Source: Octopus bimaculoides
Taxonomy: Eukaryota
Length of the DNA stretch: 64,000 nt
NCBI RefSeq assembly: GCF_001194135.2
Contig: NC_068994.1
Span: forward strand, 9,218,835 to 9,282,834
Reading direction: 5' to 3'
Every line of letters starts with the position of its first letter. Positions within the stretch are counted from its first letter, which is position 1. The notes beneath the pieces are model-generated. The model ran no database searches. It was not told where the DNA came from and was given only the letters and a program-made list of their open reading frames with translations. This document shows positions 14,616 to 26,251 of this stretch, one piece after another. A program made the translations under genes and the position numbers.

Positions 14616-14732
14616 AAGAAGAAGAAGAAGAAGAAGAAGAAGAAGAAGAAGAAGAAGGAGAAGAAGAAGAAGAAGAAGAAGAAGAAGAAGAAGAAGAATG
14701 GGAAGAAGAAGAAGGAGGAGGAGGAGGAGGAG
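14526..14732. repeat. Compound microsatellite (AAT)n-(GAA)n-(GGA)n
   Basis: Read directly from the sequence. Confidence 0.95.
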
Positions 14733-15289
14733 AAAGCTCCACACTGAAGAACAACATTGACGTGCTACACGGGGCTCCCCATACAGAAACAAATCCAATC
14801 TAATAACGTCGGTGGAATTGGGAAAAGGTATCTGTGGCAGGCTTGAAGGAAGCAGGTTTTTAACGAGAATAGTCACAGAAAACGAAATCTTACTGCCATC
14901 CAGTTTACAGTTGCTTCCATGATCGATGTCTTAGTGAAACGTGCGAAAAACACGTGCGAATTCAACATCGTAAAATTTACAAACTACAAAATATAACTGG
15001 GACAAAACAGTAAGTACGTAAATCGATTAATTACGCATACACTCGATTGTCATGTATACATATTAATACCCATTACACTGCACATACAATCCAGTATTTA
15101 CACAACTACTTGAAATTTATCCGGTATATATATTTGTTATACACACATATGAAAGCACGTATCACAAATGAAGAAAGACAATAACAAAACGAGTTTCTAC
15201 GAACTAACACACACTTAGTGAACAATTCATAAGTTTAACACACCACAAAGAAGCTATGGCGGGACATAAATCTGTTAACAAAAAATGAT

Positions 15290-15450
15290 TTTCGATTTTG
15301 TCGATCCCAGTGTTTCACTGGTATTTGATTTGTCGACGCCGAAATTATGAAAGGCACAATCGACCTCGGCGGAATTTGAACTACGGAATTTGAAATACGG
15401 CTAAGAATTTCGTCCAGCGTGCTAGCGATTGTATCAGCTCACTGCCTTAT
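15290..15450 (-). mobile_element. Degenerate family B SINE
   Basis: TGAAAGGCACAATCGACCTCGGCGGAATTTGAACT..CAGCGTGCTAGCGATT..CAGCTCACTGCC is the reverse complement of the family B head and core. Confidence 0.65.
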
Positions 15451-15502
15451 TAATACTAAATATAATGATGATAATAATTAGAAGAAGAAGAAGAAGAAGA
15501 AG

Positions 15503-15970
15503 TGAATAGGAAGTGTTATGATAAAAGATGGGCTACGGCAAATATCCTGCTCAATAACAAAGATTTAGTTGCTCCTCAGTTGTTTTACACCTGACCTGTT
15601 GAGCATATTCGTGAATGACAGACGACATGTGCATCTGTGATCACGCGCAGGAGCAGTGGGAAAGCATGATAACCATGTGTTGAGAGGAAATTTTTGACGT
15701 TTCAATAATTCATATGTAGAAACATGGGTAATGCATTCATCATGATCTTAAAACTTATTCTCTGACATTTTGACCGGAATGGGTTACTCGGCCTGAAGAA
15801 TATCCCGTCGGTACCCTAACTGCAAGGACATGCGCCGGTTAACTTAATATGAGATTAACATGTCGCGCACATAGTGTACCCTTATCAGAGGGGTAGTCCT
15901 AATGGGTACATTAGGCTTTGTACATTTTACCCCAGTAACTTTGTTTGCATGCGCTGCTCTCATCTCCAAT
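15503..15970. mobile_element. Same interspersed repeat, copy 2 (direct, more diverged)
   Basis: Colinear blocks with 14035-14525. Confidence 0.65.
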
Positions 15971-16088
15971 AATATGTAATTTTAATAATACTTCAGAATA
16001 AATAATATTTCAGAATGAATGGCATCATAATTCCCATGTGTATGTATATTATGTAACTACGTCAACATATAAACACAAACATATATGA

Positions 16089-16150
<62 letters not shown>

Positions 16151-16437
16151 AATATATATACATATATTTATTTATTTATTCATACATGTATATATTATAT
16201 ATATATTTACATATATAGACGCACACACACCCATATGCATATGTAGATAGATATGTACATATAGAATCTATCGATTTCTACATGACCACGTATGGTGTCG
16301 CGTCTATTGCATAAGAAGGAGACATGTTCTCATGAAAAAAACTGTTAATAAGTGCAATATACTTCCACAGATTAGAGTTATTTAATAATGGCATGACAGT
16401 AACTATGCTCTGAGATATGTCTGTGTCTGCTGCGTAG

Positions 16438-16791
16438 GAGATCAAAGCGAATCACCAAGATATCTTAATCAATGACAGACTCCGTCTAACGCTTATGTAC
16501 TTTGATAGAGACATCGATCTATTACCAATGAAATATCACCCGGAAGGAATTCGCAATTCTATGAATGATCTTACGTTTCTAAATAAAATTCACGGACATG
16601 ATGTGCGTGTAAGGAAAAATTGCTCTTATATAAATTGGTATCCTGTATACTTTGAGAAAGTACAAAAAAAAATAATAACCACCAAGAATAACACCACAAA
16701 ACTAAATACGAGTCATCAATGTAGACGTCGCTCAATGGAAGACTCGCCAAAAACACCAGGGAGTCCGTGCAAATTCTCTATTCAAGAATAA
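16438..16791 (+). CDS. Candidate coding exon of unknown product
   Basis: After a possible acceptor (..GCTGCGTAG|) the frame is open for 117 codons: EIKANHQDILINDRLRLTLMYFDRDIDLLPMKYHPEG...RRRSMEDSPKTPGSPCKFSIQE*. The sequence is not low-complexity, but I recognise no family. Confidence 0.25.
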   Translation, partial: EIKANHQDILINDRLRLTLMYFDRDIDLLPMKYHPEGIRNSMNDLTFLNKIHGHDVRVRKNCSYINWYPVYFEKVQKKIITTKNNTTKLNTSHQCRRRSMEDSPKTPGSPCKFSIQE

Positions 16792-16885
16792 AACTCACAT
16801 ATTCTGCACAATAGTATTCTATTAATAATATTTATACGACAGTAATATTAGATATGTATACTGAAATATTATCATTATTATTATC

Positions 16886-16947
<62 letters not shown>

Positions 16948-16962
16948 TATTATTATTATTTT

Positions 16963-17408
16963 AAGGTGGTGGGCTGAAAGAATAGTGAGCGCGCTGGACG
17001 AAATATTTAGCGCTATTTTCCCCGTCTCTACATTCTCAGTTTAAATTACACAGAGGTCAATTTTGCCTTTCATCATTTCAGGCTTGATAATTTAATTCTT
17101 CTCATTGCCCACAGGGGGCTAAACATAGAGGGGACAAACAAGGACAGACAAAGGGATTAAGCCGATAACATCGACCCCAGTGCGTAACTGGTATTTATTT
17201 AATCGACCTCGAAAGGACGAAATTCAAAGTCGACCACGGCGGAGTTTGAACTCTGAACGTAACGGCAGACGAAATACTGCTAAGCATTTCGCCCGGCGTG
17301 GTAACTATTCTGCCAGCTCACAGTCAGGGTCGATATATTAAACACCAAGTGAAACACTAGTTCCCGCCCCACACAAATTTCAGGTCTTGTGCCTTTAGTA
17401 GAAAATAT
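16963..17408 (+). mobile_element. Older family B SINE split into 16963-17095 and 17325-17408 by the inserted copy
   Basis: Head and core on the left (GGTGGTGGGCTGAAAGAATAG..GAGGTCAATTTTGCCTTTCATC) continue on the right as core and tail (GGTCGAT..AAATTTCAGGTCTTGTGCCTTTAGTAGAAA). Confidence 0.6.
17096..17320 (-). mobile_element. SINE family B, near full length, nested in an older plus-strand copy
   Basis: Reverse complement is colinear with 45970-46198. Confidence 0.8.
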
Positions 17409-17554
17409 TCTTCTTCTTCTTCTTCTTCCTCCTCCTCCTCCTCCTCCTNNNNNNNNNNNNNNNNNNNNNNNNNNNNNNNNNNNNNNNNNNNNNNNNNNNN
17501 NNNNNNNNNNNNNNNNNNNNNNNNNNNNNNNNNNNNNNNNTTCTTCATATGTAT

Positions 17555-18265
17555 GCGATATGTCGCACTCCTATCATGATAACCACCGCATGTCCTTGCA
17601 GATGGAACACAGATAGATATTTCTTCTTGTGCTGTAGCTCATCACGCTCATAGCTTTAATTATCATCCTTATTATTTTCTGTTGGATTTTGCTTCGTGTT
17701 TATGCACATTCACTGAAAATTTCATCCAGATACTCCAAGAAACAACGGTATTATGACGTGAGTTATTGATTTCTCACATGTTCTTCTTTGTCATTTTCTT
17801 TTGTCATGAAAATTAAGAAATTCGGTGATAAGAAAAGTTACCGATTTTCACATGAGAGTGAAGGACATATGCTATTACGTATTTTTAATAGTATTTTTGC
17901 TATGTTTACGGAAAAATTTTTTTCGTAAAATATTAGCAGGTCTCATTAACACAGTTTTTGAATTTCCTCCAAAATTATTCATCTCAGGATGGTGAAAAAA
18001 ACAACCATGTTTCCAGAGATGAATTGTTCAAATTCCAAAGGAATCCTCGCCCACTACTTTTGCTCTGGATCAGGCATGTACATATCGTGAGACACTATGG
18101 GACATGCTCAACTGGTTAAGGTCAAGCATCCAACAAGCAACTCTGTGTTACTGAGCAGAATATTTGCTGTAGCCCATCTTTTATGCCAAGATAAAACATG
18201 AACATTACAACACTTCCAATCACTCAAGAATAGAATCCTGTCGTCTGGTGCTGTATCAGAGCATT
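17555..18265. mobile_element. Same interspersed repeat, copy 3 (inverted; pieces at about 17555-17625 and 18000-18265)
   Basis: GAGCAGAATATTTGCTGTAGCCCATC and AACACTTCCAATCA are reverse complements of copy 1 motifs. Confidence 0.6.
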
Positions 18266-18884
18266 AAGTGGCAATGATTGTTATTCAAATAAGAACAATC
18301 AAAATTTCTTCAGTTGCCAAAACAATAAAATCAAGGCAAGGAAGTTTAATATCTACCACATCAACACATCGACAGAATCCATGTTAAAATGGTCCATGAA
18401 TAAAAGTGGTTAAAATAATAAAATAATATGCTATCTATAAACATCGTTTCATTATATATGTTCCTTTAATAAACAACTATATATTTAAACATACGCCCAA
18501 ACAGAAAGACACACACATGTGTATATACATGTATATACATGTGCCTCTGTGTGTGTGTGCGTGTGTGTGTGTAAGAATCAGAAGGAAATACCGACTAACA
18601 GAATAAAGTAAATACACACCTGTGACTCTCAAATATTTTAAACTTTTAAGTCATTGATTGTTTATGTTAATGCAACAAAATTTTTATCTGGAAATAGCAA
18701 AATAATGCAAAAAAGTATCGTTACTGAAATAGTTTTCAAATGCAAGAGATATTACTGTATAACGAATTTACATAAATAACCATGTTATTTTCGTAATTTC
18801 TTAACAATTTGAAGAATTATAGGCTTAATATTTAATAATGATCAGTTAGATTCATGCGAATTTAATTTTTTATAGTTATATACG

Positions 18885-19012
18885 AACAGGCATGGCAATG
18901 TAGCAGTTTCACTCACAAGCACATGATTTAGTGTTTAGTCGCACGGCGTTGTACTTTAGCTACCAATATTTATCTATAGCCCAAGGTCGGACAAATCCTT
19001 GTGAGTGGAAAG
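18885..19012 (+). mobile_element. Highly degenerate SINE family A copy
   Basis: CACATG..TTTAGTCGCACGGCG..CTATAGCCCAAGGTCGGACAAATCCTTGTGAGTGGA is colinear with family A. Confidence 0.45.
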
Positions 19013-20299
19013 TAAAAGAATTTCACCATCTCTCTATCTATCAATCCATCTATCTATCTCTTTATCTATTGCTGCTTTCTTCCAAGGAATCTAATGCTCT
19101 TAGATTAGTTTTTCTTTGGGGCTGGCCAGATTGGAAAAATCTCGAGTATAACCAATCAGAATTGTAAAGATAATACAAAATGAGAAGGGAACGCAAAGCA
19201 TACACCGAAACAGGAGCAAGCCTGATCTTTCTTTCTTGGTCGGCCGTTGTGTGTTGTGCTGAACTCTAATACTATCTTTATTCAAGCTCCGTAGAATATT
19301 TCTATTCATCACAATGTGAAATATTGTTCGTCATTTCAGATAAATATCTTCTGATTTCTAAAGAAAGATCAACCACGAATTTACATCACCCAAATTCATA
19401 AACCAATGTTGCAGTTTAGTGATTTCAAAATATATAGTTTTAATAAATTCATACATCACTTCTAGTTACTACCCTCCGTTTTACCTCTCATCTTTTCTCA
19501 TAATACTTCATTACGCTTCAGTCACTTAATAGCTCTCACAGATGAATAAATTTCATATTTTATACAATATTTATTTTTCTTACCAAGTAGGTGATTATTA
19601 TAATTCCACTCCTAATATAAAACTTAATTATTTGTAGATTGGATAGCTTTTAATGCGAGCCTATTAACAAACATACCAGTTAAATGGTGCTTAAATATTA
19701 TTTAATTATAGGATTTATTTTTGTCTATTATATTCACATAAATAATAGCATAATTGACACACCAGACTGTCTACTCAAACTGAAATTGTAATGCCTAATT
19801 TTCACCGCCTACAAATAAATTCATTTTCTAATCTGTATCATTTAGTACCCCACTCTTAAGTGAAAAAGAAAGCACATCAGCAAGGACTGTAAGTATAACA
19901 TTTCATATATATAATAACCTCAAAGCAAAAATGATAACTGGACATATTGACATATTTCGGAGCATGAAACGTGGCATTGTTTTCTGTGGAGAAAGCAGTC
20001 GTACGGATGCATTCAACCAATGTTAATCATATGTACATAAATGTGTGCATGACAGAATGTTCCTTCTGATCATTATTATAAAACTATAAATCCTACCTTA
20101 ATATCAGTGAAATTGAAAGAAAGCCCCACGGATTACAATAAGAGTAGAATGCCGGAGAAGAGCAAAATTTACCTCAAAATTTAAGAAGATGCAGGATATG
20201 CCTTGCTGAGAAAAGAATTATATTAAAATAATCTCTCTTACACTAAAGAACAAAGTTAACTATTAGAGGGACATTTTTCGCTCCTACCAACATGATAGT

Positions 20300-20580
20300 G
20301 GAGGCGCAATGACCCAGTGGTTAGAGCAACGGACTCGCGGTCGTAGGATCGCAATTTCGTTTCCCAGGCCGGGCGTTGTGTGTTTTTTGAGCAAAAACAC
20401 CTAAAGCTCCACAAGGCTCCGGGAGGGTGGTGGTGGTGGTGACCCCTGTTGTACTCTTTCGCCGCAGCTTTCTTCCTGTTTCTTGAGTAACGCTGCGATG
20501 GACTGGCGTCCCGTCCAGCTGGAGGGGAGGGGTATGATCCATAGAAACCGGGAAACCGAGCCCATGAGCCTGGCTAGGTT
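20300..20580 (+). mobile_element. tRNA-derived SINE family D carrying a V-domain-like core
   Basis: tRNA-like head GGAGGCGCAATGACCCAGTGGTTAGAGC..TTTCGTTTCCCAGGCC; CTGCGATGGACTGGCGTCCCGTCCAG at 20493-20518 resembles the V-SINE core as I recall it. Confidence 0.7.
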
Positions 20581-20917
20581 TTAAAATATATATATATATA
20601 TATANNNNNNNNNNNNNNNNNNNNNNNNNNNNNNNNNNNNNNNNNNNNNNNNNNNNNNNNNNNNNNNNNNNNNNNNNNNNNNNNNNNNNNNNNNNNNNNN
20701 NNNNNNNNNNNNNNNNNNNNNNNNNNNNNNNNNNNNNNNNNNNNNNNNNNNNNNNNNNNNNNNNNNNNNNNNNNNNNNNNNNNNNNNNNNNNNNNNNNNN
20801 NNNNNNNNNNNNNNNNNNNNNNNNNNNNNNNNNNNNNNNNNNNNNNNNNNNNNNNNNNNNNNNNNNNNNNNNNNNNNNNNNNNNNNNNNNNNNNNNNNNN
20901 NNNNNNNNNNNNNNNNN

Positions 20918-20962
<45 letters not shown>

Positions 20963-21594
20963 TTGTGTGTATATTTACACCTGCATATATTCATGGGTGT
21001 GCATATAAGTGTGTGAGAGCATTTTCCATAGATAATAATATATAGCACCCACTCACGCACGCACAGACACACAGAGAAATGTATGTGTATGTACATTCAT
21101 AGATCGATTGCTACACTTATCATTCTCGGGCGTATTTGCGTAAGTTTGTGTTGAAACAGGAAATCTTTTATTTATTGTGTAATTCTGCATGAGATACACT
21201 GGCATTTTGACTTATTGTTGGATTAAAATATTTACAAAAATTCATTTTTGTATTAAATTCTTTCTTAAAATACTGATTGTTAGTTCTCTATGGTATCAAA
21301 ACGAAGATTGATTAAATTGTGCTGGGCAACGCAGCAACTTGATTTATGAGATGAATTTTAATTAAGCCCAGCAATATATTGCGATTTGTGATATTTTAAA
21401 AGATAGTTCGTCTCCGAAATTAACGTCTCCCTTTTGGTTTAAAAAAGTGTTATTTGGTTTTGTTTTGCGTTATCTTTGTTTAATTTGAAACATATATTTA
21501 CATATAATGCCCAAAAGATTCACTACGCTTTTCACTTGTAAATACTGCATTACATATGATTTTGTAACATTTTTAACGTGGTGTGTATGTTTGG

Positions 21595-21990
21595 TATCAT
21601 ATTTTGATACAAGACCAGCAAATTCAGGGAAGAGATTAAGCCGATTGTTCAACTGTTACTTAACTTGTCGACCATGTAAGGCAAAGCTTTTGAGTCCAGA
21701 ACGTAAAGAGGGACAAAATGTCGCTAAGTAATGTTATCTGCGCGGTAACGATTGTGTCAGCTCTCCGCATTCTCAGGGTGTATATATTAGTTTCAAAATT
21801 TGACATAAGGCCAGTAATTTATGATGACATCGACACCAGTATTCCACTGGTATTCATATTGTCAATCTCGAAAAGGTGAAAATTAAAGCCGAGCCCGGTA
21901 GCATTTCAACTCAGAATGCAAAGTCGGGAAAATGCCACCAAGAATGTTATCCATTACAGTAACAATTCTACCAGCTCGTCGTGTTTACAA
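21595..21990 (-). mobile_element. Cluster of degenerate family B SINE pieces
   Basis: Reverse-strand core and head fragments such as CATCGACACCAGT, AAAGCCGAGCCCGGTAGCATTTCAACTCAGAA and ATTCTACCAGCTCG. Confidence 0.45.
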
Positions 21991-24717
21991 TATGCAAATA
22001 CTAACAAGCCGCAAAAGACAGGTAGCCGCATTTTGTTGGTCTTCATTTTCAGAGTCCAAATTCCACCGAGTTCAACATCGCCTTTCCTCCTTTCGGGATA
22101 AAATATGTACCAGTAGATTACTCAGGTTTATGTAACCAACCCACTTCCTCATACGGAAACCCTGACCTTGTGCCAACATTTGAAACTAATCATGGAAACA
22201 AGCCCTTGTTTAATTAGGAACATGATTGGAACATGAAGTGAATATTGCTTACTCTTCCTAATAAGTTTTACCTTTCTTCTGTGCTGTTGTATTTACTTTA
22301 TTTACTAATAACTTGTATCTACTAATATTTCATATATTTTGCATTTATTGATATCCCTGATATTTTAGACATAGTGTTTATGTCTCATTTAATTGCTGTT
22401 TGATATGTCAGCACTTATTTTAGTATCTCTACGCAGTGTAGATGCGCTTTATATTTAAGAAACCACCTATATTGCCTTAATCGTTAGGAAATATCTTCAG
22501 GCAAAATATCATTATTCCCAAATTCTGTTGGGAATAACTTCAGGCAAAATATCAGACCTGTCTATACGATTCGGTATATATACTTTCCATTGTTCCTTTC
22601 TAACGGCATTTTCATTGTTTTATAACCATTACAATACTTTAATGAAATTATGAATATTATAACTTTCTACATCGGAGTGTTACACATTTACCTACTAATG
22701 TTGACATAAACATTAAAATATGTAAATGTAATTATGGATACTGTGATTTCGTGAATCCGTCTGATACACATTTACATACTCACGGTTCCAAAACTATTAA
22801 AATACTTTAATGAAATAATGGATATTGTTATTTTCTACATTGGCGTAACACGCATTTACCTATATATTCTTTCATAGAGATTAAAACACGTTAATGAAAT
22901 TATAAACATTGTCATAGTCTATAACATCTTTAAACACATTTGAATATTCATGCTTTCATATATATTAAAATACGTTAATGAATTTATAATACTTTAATTT
23001 CCCACATCAATGTAGCATACATTTATGTACTAGTCGCTTCATGCTCATGAAAAACACTTTAATGAATTTTCTAAGTTTCTATAGTTATTAGTTTATACAA
23101 AATTTACTATAATTTTATTGGATTTCTGTCTGTCGTGGTGTCATATTTAGATAATGTTTAAGAAGTTTTATGAAGTTTAAGAAGTTTTCTCAGCTCAGCA
23201 AGTTTCGCCACTTTATCCACATTCGAATGAGATTTGCGTGGGTATTTTTTCAAGTATATGGCCAACGTAAACTATCTCTTTTTGAAAATGTTCAGATTGT
23301 TATTACTTCGTGTGTTAATGAAGCGTCTTTCCCTAATATTCAAAGTAGACTTGGAACCTCACACCCCAAAGAAAAAACAAAAAATACGTTCTCTTCTAAC
23401 CCCNNNNNNNNNNCCCATCTGTTTTATATAAATGAACAAACTATTCTTACATTGAGAAAATTGTATTTGACAGGTTCTAGACAGGTACAAAAGGGCTAAC
23501 AGTAATGAAGAAATAAAAGGATTTTTCCAACATTCTGACGACCTTTTTTTCCACTTTCTCTCTATCTTTGTCTCTCTGTTTCTCTTTTACTCCCCCTCTC
23601 TCACTCTCACATTCTCTCTGTCTCTCTCAGAATGCCCAAAACTGATCTGTGAGAGCAGCTGTGGAATAATAGTGTTGATGGCCTCCAGGAACTCGAGATT
23701 GTTTGTTAGTAACCTGTTCCTATATAGCATTCTACAGACGTTAAGTGCGAGGATGGGGTGTTGTGATGTTTATCAGAAAACAGTTTACAATGTAACATAA
23801 GCAGTTGACTTCATGATCATAATTGAACGCGTTTGACCATACTACATTTAGATCAATATTGAGCTACTGCCAAACAATGTCAGAAGCAAACAACCAATAG
23901 TGTTTCCACGCTGTCACTCACCATGTTCCGAGTAAAACTAGGTCGGGGGATTATACCGTTAGTGATTTATTCCAGAACGTAAATAGCAGAAGTTCATATT
24001 GTTAACCCGTGTGTTTATGCGGAGAGGTGGAGTGAGTGGAGATCTGTATTTCCTATTTAATGTGAAACAAAGCACAAACATTAACAAACTCGACAGCTGC
24101 TGTTGAAGAGACACAAATACAGAGACGTTCGTAATCATATCGCCGTTTCAGATTCACCTCGATGTGAATTCATTAAAAAATGAGGAAAAATGAAAAATTT
24201 AAACTCGTTACTTCCTGTTGAATAGAAACAATAAATAATAGCGTTGAAGTAAAAAAGTACATAATGAAATACGGAAAATAAAGCTTATTTTTAGGTCAAA
24301 ATAACAACAGCAATGAACAGAATATTACCAAAAGAGGAAAACAAAACCGTGAAGGTACCAGTTACCAATGATCTGTTTTCTTGTTTGTTTTTTTTCTTCC
24401 CTTTTTCCTTTCTGTTAGTGTTATATATAAATTATTTTATTTTTTCAATCATTTTTTTCTGAATGTAATTTTATTGTATAGAATTTACTGATAAAGCAAA
24501 TTGATTTAATGGTAATTATATTTTTATTCTTTAAGTAAGAATGAACGTTGCAAAATAAATAAATACATAAATAAATCTATAAAATGCTTCCAAGCCATGT
24601 TAAGTTTAAGTTACCAAACTATTTGAAATACAGAAGAAAAAATGTATCATAACCGGTGGCAACAGTTCTGTGTGAAATTGTTATTGCTTTTTGTTGTGGT
24701 AGCTATTATTATTATTA

Positions 24718-24775
<58 letters not shown>

Positions 24776-24879
24776 CGTTATAATAAACATTGTAAAAGCG
24801 ATGCTGATTATTTGTAATCATCATAATGTGTATGTAACATGTACCCCCAATGAAATAATATATTTATATAAACATAATA

Positions 24880-25049
24880 GGCGCAGGAGTGGCTGTGTGG
24901 TAAGTAGCTTGCTTCCCAACCACATGGTTTCAGGTTCAGTCTTACTGCGTATGCGTGGCATCTTAGGCAAGTGTCTTCTAATATAGCCTCGGGCCGACCA
25001 AAACCTTGCTAGTGCAATTGGTAGACGGAAACTGAAAGACGTCCGTCGT
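24880..25049 (+). mobile_element. tRNA-derived SINE family A, near full length
   Basis: A-box TGGCTGTGTGG and B-box-like GGTTCAGTC; ends GACGGAAACTGAAAGACGTCCGTCG before (TG)/(TA)n. Confidence 0.82.
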
Positions 25050-25429
25050 GTGTGTGTCTATGTATATATATATATATATATATATTTATATNNNNNNNNN
25101 NNNNNNNNNNNNNNNNNNNNNNNNNNNNNNNNNNNNNNNNNNNNNNNNNNNNNNNNNNNNNNNNNNNNNNNNNNNNNNNNNNNNNNNNNNNNNNNNNNNN
25201 NNNNNNNNNNNNNNNNNNNNNNNNNNNNNNNNNNNNNNNNNNNNNNNNNNNNNNNNNNNNNNNNNNNNNNNNNNNNNNNNNNNNNNNNNNNNNNNNNNNN
25301 NNNNNNNNNNNNNNNNNNNNNNNNNNNNNNNNNNNNNNNNNNNNNNNNNNNNNNNNNNNNNNNNNNNNNNNNNNNNNNNNNNNNNNNNNNNNNNNNNNNN
25401 NNNNNNNNNNNTATATATATATATATATA

Positions 25430-26251
25430 TTAGCAGTAGTAACCGGCGTTGAACGGTTCTTAATAAATTACCATTCAACTGCGGGAAGATGAGGCCTTAC
25501 ACCTGAGTAAATATTTTGAGCCCTAAACGGCTACCGCGTTCGTGCAAAACTCTTCTGATCTTAACACCTTAATCTTCAGCCCAGCACGGATTGGAACCAT
25601 ACACTTATGGAATCCTTTTAAAGCCCATTGTAAGGCGAACGGTTTAGAAACACCTTTCCTAATGGCTTGCTGTCTGGCATCAATCTGAAGGCGATTATCA
25701 CGATCTTGTAACGTTTGGGAAGATCGAGCATCAGCAGTGTTTGCAGCATCCGTTTTCCGAAGTCTATGGCGCTGTTCCTCATTCTCCTTGGCACGTGCAG
25801 CTGAAGAGCACGCAGCATTAGCGGCTCGATGACGTTTATGCTGGGGGCTTGTTCCAGAAGCTCTTGCAGCCGCTGTAGACGCGGCGTTATCAGATGGGTG
25901 GTTTCTTCGATGGACCTCTGTCTCCGAAGCTCGAGCAGCTGCCATTGTAGAAGCATTCGCGGCTCGGCGAGTTCTGCCTTCGTCTTCGGTGTCTGCAGCG
26001 CGAGCAGTCACAGATAAGATAACAATGGTGGTCAGGCGAGCGTTTCTCTAGTCGTCTGTTTCCTGTGCTTTTCTGGTGGTCGCACGTTCAGCAGCTTGTG
26101 TCCGACGGATGGTAGTCTCGAACGACGATTCTGAAACTGGATTTCGTCTTGATTCTTCTGCTTTCGGCCAATGGTGAATCTCATCCGTCGTGGTATGACC
26201 TAAACAGGGAGCTTGTGGAACACTTAATCTCAGTCTGAAAGATAAAAGCAA
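25430..26251 (-). mobile_element. Internally deleted, non-autonomous Helitron retaining N-terminal STPR-like 23-aa repeats and a canonical 3' terminus
   Basis: ORFs 26048..26251 and 25523..26011 are in the same frame, separated by one TAG (ETDD*RNARL), and give seven 23-aa repeats. About 65 nt downstream lie the hairpin AACCG-TTCAACGC-CGGTT (25441-25458) and then CTAA|T ending at 25430. No Rep or Pif1 helicase sequence is present. The 5' end is not defined. Confidence 0.7.
25523..26251 (-). pseudogene. STPR-repeat reading frame (N-terminus of a Helitron RepHel-like protein) with one in-frame stop
   Basis: Repeats: ESSFETTIRRTQAAERATTRKAQ / ETDD*RNARLTTIVILSVTARAA / DTEDEGRTRRAANASTMAAARAS / ETEVHRRNHPSDNAASTAAARAS / GTSPQHKRHRAANAACSSAARAK / ENEEQRHRLRKTDAANTADARSS / QTLQDRDNRLQIDARQQAIRKGV. 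Each is exactly 23 aa and resembles the ETxEQRxxRL...AxRA pattern. Confidence 0.65.

Noticed and set aside
16730-16778. Minus-strand NLHGLPGVFG, like the Rh/Amt channel NLHGxPG motif
   Set aside because: It is bounded by stops within about 20 codons, lacks the DTCGVH context, and overlaps a longer plus-strand ORF.
20300-20375. tRNA-like sequences at SINE heads (also 24880, 26320 and 35290)
   Set aside because: They lack a complete cloverleaf and continue into SINE bodies, so they are not tRNA genes.
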